Origin: a virus
Length of the DNA: 64,000 bases
IMG/VR virus record: IMGVR_UViG_3300032116_000144
Direction: 5' to 3' (one strand)
The position numbers were made by a program, and so were the translations under genes. Positions 58,228 through 64,000 of the stretch are shown piece after piece. Numbering within the stretch: the stretch's first letter is position 1; every line of letters starts with the position of its first letter. The notes under the pieces were generated by a model. That model had not been told where the DNA came from. It ran no database searches and saw nothing but the letters and a program-made list of their open reading frames with translations.

Positions 58228-59754
58228 AATCTTTAATGTTTAAAATTAATAAGAATAGTACTAATAAGTTGACTACTAGCTTTGAGTTTTAGTACGTAGC
58301 TAAACACTACAATTTCCTCTATATACATTCACTCTACTACTCTTAAATCTTTAATGTTTAAAATAAAACTACTAACTAATACAGACCTTATAGAGCAACA
58401 ATATACAATATACATTCGTATGCGACATATATCTTGTTATTCTATTCTTGTTAGTAGTTTTAATGTTAATAACTCTTCTGTCCAATTTTCTAGTTGGAAT
58501 AGTTTATTCTTACATAGCATGGTAATTTAATACCTACATTACTTGTCAATTCAAGTAGAACGTTCAGAACTTACTATCTCTACAACAAACATTAACTGCT
58601 GGAACAGAACTATAACTCGGTACTTACGCCAAATCTCCGATAGTTTTTGTTTTGGAGATATATAGTTGTTTGTCTTCAAGCAGAAGAGTTAAATCTTTAT
58701 ATCAATCTCCAAGTAATACCATTACTAAAAGTTTGATACATACTTCCATTGTTGTTATTGGTATCTATCTTTATCGTCAACATATTTTAAGTATGTTAGC
58801 ACCCTTTAATTACTAGGCACAATTTAACGTAGCTAATATATTAAGTAGGGTCATGTAGTTGATTGTATGGACGAGACAATCTGCTATTTAACTACTTGCT
58901 GAGAACTCATTTGTGTTGGGTATGTTCTTCCTTTTGGGAAGTTTCCTTTACTATCCTTTCTCAAGGGAACAACACATCTAGCTTTACAGCATTAATAGAT
59001 ATCGGTTTTACGATGCTCTATTAACATCCTATTAATTCAGGATTAGTATCTTTATGTGAATTAAGCTTTTTGACTTATTGACGTTGCATTGCTACACAAA
59101 CCTATTCACAAAGGATCAATGTTTAGCCTATTATCTAGATTATTTTTATTTTACCAGATTTAAGGAAGATAAAGAACAGTTTATAAGTTGGTTACTACAA
59201 TTCAGCAGACATTTGTCGTAGGATTAGATACTCTAATTTACCTAGCTCTCCATTAGAAGAATGACTTCTATCTTTAGTTCTAAATCTACCTGTAGATCAT
59301 TATGTCTTTTTCATAGTTTTATTTCATAATTATCTCAATCAGTTTTTAAAGTTGGTAGTGTGTTAGAGTCGTTTAACGTCTCGCTATATCACCAGCTACT
59401 CTTTCTCTACCAACCTTGTTCTCAAAATAACACTTACTACAAAAAGCTCTATGATAACACGACATACTTTTCATACAATATAATTTATCCTTGACACCAA
59501 ATGTGGTCTGCTTCAAATGCTTCTTCCTCTCTAAACCAGAAGTATTTAATAGTGTCTTTTGAAATCCTAACTTTTGTTATGAAGTCATCTTCACCCATTA
59601 TCGCAACGCAAACAGAACTCATTTTATCAAACCAATTTATTTCTACTCTTCGTAGGACGGTTTATCTGTTAGTCGTTTTTAAATTTTAAAACCTTATTTC
59701 ATCATTCTAATCAAGTTCGTGCTATTTCCGGCCACTATCTGTTAAAGTCCGTTT

Positions 59755-59958
59755 TTATATTTTTTCAAATACATCAATTAATTCATTCAGTTCTTTAAAT
59801 AACTTACTATGATTTTCATTAATCATGTAATTATTTACTGTATCTATATCAACTTTACAAGTATCTTGCATTAGTTGATACATATATTCAGTAGACTTAT
59901 CTTCATGATCACATAATTGGTGTACTGCTGCAAGTTTAAGCTTAGTTATGTATTTCAT
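59755..59958 (-). CDS. Small hypothetical protein
   Basis: 67 aa, the only ORF >60 aa within the 58.2-60.4 kb ORF-poor region. Confidence 0.3.
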   Translation of the reverse strand: MKYITKLKLAAVHQLCDHEDKSTEYMYQLMQDTCKVDIDTVNNYMINENHSKLFKELNELIDVFEKI

Positions 59959-60412
59959 ATTTTAGGTCTTTCACCGTTATGAGCTACGCACTCTTTACAA
60001 CCTTAGAGCATCCTTCTGGGCAAGAATGTTTGTATGAGCGTTTCATAGGATAGTTTAGTGAATAAAAAATATTAAAAAAGATGGCTAACCCCGATTACAG
60101 CCAGCACCACACGGGAGGGGGCAGCGTGTTACATGGTAGGCTACAAACGTATTACTACTTGCCCTGTGTTGCCTCTCATCACCAACACTTCCACTTGTCG
60201 GCCATTGTTCTGCCAATCTCATTTGATTGGTGTCTGTACCAGAACTACACTGCTCGGCCACTGGTTTTCCCGCCATCTTTTTTAATATTTTCAGTTTGTA
60301 TTTCAAATATAGTTCATCTCTTAATAATCGGCACTGGTTATATTCTTGTTCGTTATGCACAATTAAGCAACGCATCAAACAGCTATAAGTGATTTTACAA
60401 GTTATTGTAAGT

Positions 60413-60919
60413 TTAATCACTATTACTTCTATAATAGTACTTATACATTTCCTGTGCAGTAGGTATTGGAACATTTTTATCTTTCAGGTATTCATGCACA
60501 AGCTTTTCAGGTTTTATATACTCTTCTGTTTCTGTTTCAGCATACTTAGAATCATCAACAAATCTCCAAGCTTTATAAATACAAGTACCATTATCCAAAG
60601 ACTTTTGAAATGATTGTGCTGTATAACCTGGTTCCATAAAGCCATTATAAGCACAAAACTCATTAGGAAGTACTTCAACACCAATATCTATCCCTTCTGT
60701 GTGTATAATCACCCAATCATGCTTGATGTAAATTGTTATTTTACGCTTATCAAGATTAATATCAGGATGAAAAATAGCAATTACACCTTTGACTATATCC
60801 ATATTTGCTGGATTAGTCATAAAATCTTGAAATCTGTTCATTTGTTTTAATTTAATGTTTAGTAAAAAGAATTGGTAATGTGCTTCTACATACTCTGTTC
60901 CGTCATTAGCGGGAGGCAA
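60413..60919 (-). CDS. Hypothetical protein, paralogous segment to 27977..28720 product
   Basis: 168 aa. Track start is TTG, so the true start may be a downstream Met. Contains LPNEFCAY, with a 25-nt exact match to 28478..28502. Confidence 0.45.
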   Translation of the reverse strand: MPPANDGTEYVEAHYQFFLLNIKLKQMNRFQDFMTNPANMDIVKGVIAIFHPDINLDKRKITIYIKHDWVIIHTEGIDIGVEVLPNEFCAYNGFMEPGYTAQSFQKSLDNGTCIYKAWRFVDDSKYAETETEEYIKPEKLVHEYLKDKNVPIPTAQEMYKYYYRSNSD

Positions 60920-60948
60920 CCTTATTCCAATTCAGCCACCTGACTGTG

Positions 60949-62079
60949 TTATTTCTTTTTAAATTGTTCAAACCATTCTTTAGCATCTTGATAATTAAAA
61001 ATAGAATTATGTGTGTTTAATTCAGATTCTCTTTCATATAAAAGATTGAGAACTTCTTTCTCACTATACATTCTTTCTTGTTGCTTATCTCTTTCTTCCA
61101 ATGCTTTTTCACAACTTGCCAAAAGTGTTTTAGTGTGTCTTAATTCTATTTCCATTAAACCATAATGTTCTTGTTGCCATTTAGCACAATATTCTGCTAC
61201 CCTTCTTGCTGCTGATTCTATATTTCCCCAAACCCATCCCATATCAGAAATTATTCTTTTAGCAGCTTCTTCAAGTGACTCTTGTTTAGTAATCTCAATA
61301 AAATGTCCTTCACTACCACATTGAGCACCACAAGTAGTACATAAATAATATTTATTACAGTCACCACATTTAATATATTCTTTTTTAGGTTCTTCTTTTG
61401 GAATCGTAGTTTCTTGTTTAGACTCTTTTATAGCTATAAAAGTTTTACCAAATCCTGTTACAGCTTCTATTCCTCCTCGTGCTTTGTTTGATCTCCACAA
61501 ATTAAATGATTTTTGTTGTCTTTCAAATCTTACAGGATCAATATTATTTAAAGGTAAAATATTTCCTTGATAATTTAAAGAATGACCTTCTTCATCAAAT
61601 CCTGTGTGAGCATTTATATCTTTAGGTTCTTCTTTTGGAATGATTATTTTGTACTGATAAGAAGTTGCTTCATCAATCATCCCATTCTTTTTATAACCTT
61701 CTCTATAAACCTCAACCTCCTCACAACTTGGATTCTTAACAAACCATTCTAAAAACTCATCATCAATAGCTTGTACACCATATTTGATTAATCCTTGGTC
61801 TGTTGTTAGGATGATTTTTTTAAAATACAATGGATTGTATTGGTCATTCCATTCAACACTTTCTAAATCATAGCCTACTTGGTGTAAATGATTGCGATTA
61901 TCCTTAATGTCTATAAACCAATCTTGGCTTGATGTGATTTTATCATCAGAAGTGATGTAGATGTGTTGGGCAGTATTGCTACCAATTAAAACATCCTTAT
62001 CTAATTCTATTCTTCTTCTTAAATTATTAACCCACAACGTACTTGGTTTGTCCGTTAGTAATACGTGTATGTTTTTCAT
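60949..62079 (-). CDS. Hypothetical protein with Cys4 zinc ribbon and helicase-like Walker A fragment
   Basis: 376 aa. CGDCNKYYLCTTCGAQC. GIEAVTGFGKTFIAI resembles the N-terminus of the SF2 helicase at 42351..43847. Internal IPKEEPK repeat. Confidence 0.5.
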   Translation of the reverse strand: MKNIHVLLTDKPSTLWVNNLRRRIELDKDVLIGSNTAQHIYITSDDKITSSQDWFIDIKDNRNHLHQVGYDLESVEWNDQYNPLYFKKIILTTDQGLIKYGVQAIDDEFLEWFVKNPSCEEVEVYREGYKKNGMIDEATSYQYKIIIPKEEPKDINAHTGFDEEGHSLNYQGNILPLNNIDPVRFERQQKSFNLWRSNKARGGIEAVTGFGKTFIAIKESKQETTIPKEEPKKEYIKCGDCNKYYLCTTCGAQCGSEGHFIEITKQESLEEAAKRIISDMGWVWGNIESAARRVAEYCAKWQQEHYGLMEIELRHTKTLLASCEKALEERDKQQERMYSEKEVLNLLYERESELNTHNSIFNYQDAKEWFEQFKKK

Positions 62080-62098
62080 CTTATTTGTTTTTTATTTG

Positions 62099-62247
62099 TA
62101 GTCAGAACAGGATTTGAACCTGTATTTAATGTATATACTTAAATCTTATAGTTGCATCATTCAACAATGCTTTACCTTATGGTTAAGGTATCAGGAGTCA
62201 ATCCCTGATTCTTCTATAAGTGCGTCTACCAATTCCGCCACCTGACT
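62099..62247 (-). ncRNA. tRNA-like gene (149 nt) with about 60-nt insertion in the anticodon arm
   Basis: Reverse complement: acceptor AGTCAGG / TCTGACT (7 bp, one G:U) with discriminator A. D-arm GCGGAATTGGTAGACGC (type II Leu/Ser-like). Extended anticodon stem CTTATAG / CTATAAG enclosing hairpins ATCAGG-GATTGACT-CCTGAT and TACCTTA-ACCA-TAAGGTA. Variable hairpin ATTTAA-GTATATAC-ATTAAAT. T-arm ACAGG-TTCAAAT-CCTGT. Confidence 0.5.
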
Positions 62248-62308
62248 AAAAATCTAATTCTACGCTTACTACTTGTCTTGTCCTATGAATTAGTAACAGT
62301 CTTCATTG

Positions 62309-62457
62309 TAGTCAGGACAGGATTCGAACCTGTTTTGTAATAAAGGGTCTCACGACTGTTATTTCTAACCTACATTTCTGTAGCGTGGTCTGGTTTGAGT
62401 AGGCCCTAATCTGTTCTCATTTATATTACAATGGCGTACCAATTCCGCCACCTGACT
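62309..62457 (-). ncRNA. tRNA-like gene (149 nt) with about 90-nt insertion in the anticodon loop
   Basis: Acceptor AGTCAGG / TCCTGACT (7 perfect bp). D-arm GGCG-GAATTGGTA-CGCC. Anticodon stem TTGTAA / TTACAA separated by about 85 nt. T-arm CAGG-TTCGAAT-CCTG. First 21 nt identical to the 62099..62247 element. Confidence 0.5.
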
Positions 62458-62599
62458 ATTTGCTTGTCTTTCCAAGCTGTCACCACTTTGATAATTCCTC
62501 CAATGTAACTCTTCAGAAAAGCCATAGATGGTTCACTATGAGCAGCAATCAAGACAGGATTCAGAATCTGTCTTAGTTAATGAAAAACACTAACTAATA

Positions 62600-62836
62600 T
62601 TATTTCCTTGTATAGTAAATAATATAAGCAAAAAGAATAAGAAAAGAACAACACAACCATACAATACCCATAGCAATACTAATATACCACCAAGCTATTG
62701 TAGATACAACAATCAAAAATAATGTATGAAACATAGCACTACCCGCTTCTGTATCTTTACCAGTAGGTGTATTTACAAGAAAAAGATAATTAATAAGTAC
62801 TGATACAGTAGCAATAAGTGCAATAGCTAGTATCAT
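62600..62836 (-). CDS. Small membrane protein
   Basis: 78 aa, three hydrophobic helices. Confidence 0.4.
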   Translation of the reverse strand: MILAIALIATVSVLINYLFLVNTPTGKDTEAGSAMFHTLFLIVVSTIAWWYISIAMGIVWLCCSFLILFAYIIYYTRK

Positions 62837-62870
62837 ACAGCTAGTTGTTTAGTAATACGTGCTGGTTTTT

Positions 62871-63077
62871 TCATTTTCCGCGATTGTGACGACCAGTACG
62901 TTGTATGTATTCTTTACTACATGATGACTTATCTCGTAAAACACTAACTTGTGTGTTGCGAGATAAAACGCGGTTCGTTGCGCCTACATACTTACTTTTG
63001 GAAGATAATCCGTTGTACTTATCAGAGCATACCCAGTATGCATCAGAAGGTAAATGATATTCGGAAGATTTAGTCAT
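62871..63077 (-). CDS. Small basic hypothetical protein
   Basis: 68 aa, locally GC-richer, C-terminal RTGRHNRGK. Confidence 0.35.
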   Translation of the reverse strand: MTKSSEYHLPSDAYWVCSDKYNGLSSKSKYVGATNRVLSRNTQVSVLRDKSSCSKEYIQRTGRHNRGK

Positions 63078-63439
63078 AAGGTTATATTATTAGAAAGTGA
63101 AACAATGGTAAGTTAGAAAAGAAATGTGAAAGTAACTGTGGTATCAGGTACCAACATGAGTAAATCCATGATTAGTATATCAAAATTAGCAATTCTGATA
63201 ACACTAATGGATAAGAGTATGCGAAGATGCTTCATTACAGTAGTTGTTTTTGAAGTATCTTCGTCATATTCCGCAGTTTCAACAGCTCATTTACATTATA
63301 ATATGGTGCGCGTAGCATTGCTTCTATCTTATTAATGTTGAGTTGTACTTGCTCTTTGATCTGGTTTTGTGTTAGCTGTGTCATATGCTATATATGAATA
63401 GTATGCTATGTCATGATGAGAAACAGAGAAGAGAGGTGC

Positions 63440-63703
63440 TTACGCACCTACTCTCAAACTCAACCAAGTCATGTCCTGTTGACGAACTTCACCATTTTCA
63501 TCAGCAAGCTCAACAGTGCGCGTGATCTCTTGGAACATTGAAGGATCAAGATCAAATTCAGCACCAATTAAGGCTGCTTCTGATGTCTTAATGTAGCGTC
63601 TTGTCTGTACTGTACCAAGACCAGGAACAGATTTGCTTACTGCAAGAGTAGTTACAAAACCACCATTGCTGCTTTGTGTGCTTTTAATTACAGATGCTTT
63701 CAC
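63440..63703 (-). CDS. Hypothetical protein
   Basis: 87 aa, GC-richer than the genome average. Confidence 0.4.
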   Translation of the reverse strand: MKASVIKSTQSSNGGFVTTLAVSKSVPGLGTVQTRRYIKTSEAALIGAEFDLDPSMFQEITRTVELADENGEVRQQDMTWLSLRVGA

Positions 63704-64000
63704 GTTATTATGTGTTTAAGTTGAACAATAGGGGGATACTGTTTCCCCCAAGTATTTGACGGGTGGTTGAGGTAGCAGGTACCCGCGCACATAGTGGTTT
63801 TATAATTTTATCTATAGTAAAATTTGCTCTACTAGTACCCACGCACATAGTTTACCATACATATTGCTCCTATTACACTATGTTTTGTTGTAGGGGGGGG
63901 GAGTATTACTAGTTTGTGAAAGAGCAGGTGGGTAGTTCCAATCCAATAACACTATCTTTCTTTTATAAGCTTATACAGTAGTAGTGTATAAAACAGTATG

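Noticed and set aside
58228-59754. Stop-codon reassignment (TAG or TGA recoding, as in some crAss-like phages) to explain the ORF-free region
   Set aside because: All three stop codons are abundant in every frame here. The structural and replication genes elsewhere in the window translate cleanly with the standard code. No suppressor tRNA (anticodon CUA or UCA) was found.
60081-60474. Overlapping ORFs 60081..60392 (+) and 60085..60474 (-)
   Set aside because: They are open only because the segment is GC-rich. The translations (e.g. MANPDYSQHHTGGGSVLHG...) lack protein-like composition. Interpreted as non-coding or structured RNA instead.
60927-60945. Orphan 19-nt tRNA 5' motif as a complete tRNA gene
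   Set aside because: The downstream sequence lacks D-stem closure, T-arm and acceptor 3' strand and instead starts ORF 60413..60919. Kept only as a repeat or recombination footprint.
62541-62580. T-arm-like sequence gacagattctgaatcctgtc (third tRNA-like element?)
   Set aside because: The loop would be 10 nt rather than 7, and no matching 5' acceptor or D-arm is found in the following 150 nt, which is instead occupied by the ORF 62600..62836. Probably a degenerate remnant.

Overview
AT-rich (about 30% GC) segment of a tailed dsDNA phage genome, with no host-chromosome hallmarks. Gene content and codon style suggest a Bacteroidota (Flavobacteriia)-infecting, possibly crAss-like podovirus; this is inference, not a database result. 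Layout: (i) 1-27 kb, + strand: a tightly coupled structural/ejection operon of small membrane/coiled-coil proteins and large virion proteins (1264, 694, 670 aa), a single uninterrupted 4895-aa giant ORF (11052..25739), then a metallophosphatase. (ii) 27-50 kb, - strand: a DNA replication / nucleotide-metabolism module (MazG, uracil-DNA glycosylase, dNMP kinase, ThyX, PD-(D/E)XK nuclease, TOPRIM primase, SSB-like protein, P-loop ATPase, DnaB-like helicase, SF2 helicase, ATP-dependent DNA ligase, family A DNA polymerase with proofreading exonuclease), plus an SPFH/band-7 protein and a glucosaminidase-like lysin candidate. (iii) 50-64 kb, - strand accessory region: tRNA-Leu(UAA) immediately followed by a tmRNA (ssrA-like) gene, small membrane proteins, a histone-H1-like Lys/Ala-rich protein, an Ala/Tyr tandem-repeat protein, a 1.5-2.2 kb ORF-free segment with a GC-rich structured-looking end, and two 149-nt tRNA-like genes with large anticodon-arm insertions carrying a 19-nt motif that recurs three times. 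Most striking: the giant ORF (HExxH and DFDID motifs, candidate fused virion RNA polymerase/ejection protein) and the cluster of unusual RNA genes. No CRISPR array, reverse transcriptase, integrase or transposase was seen.
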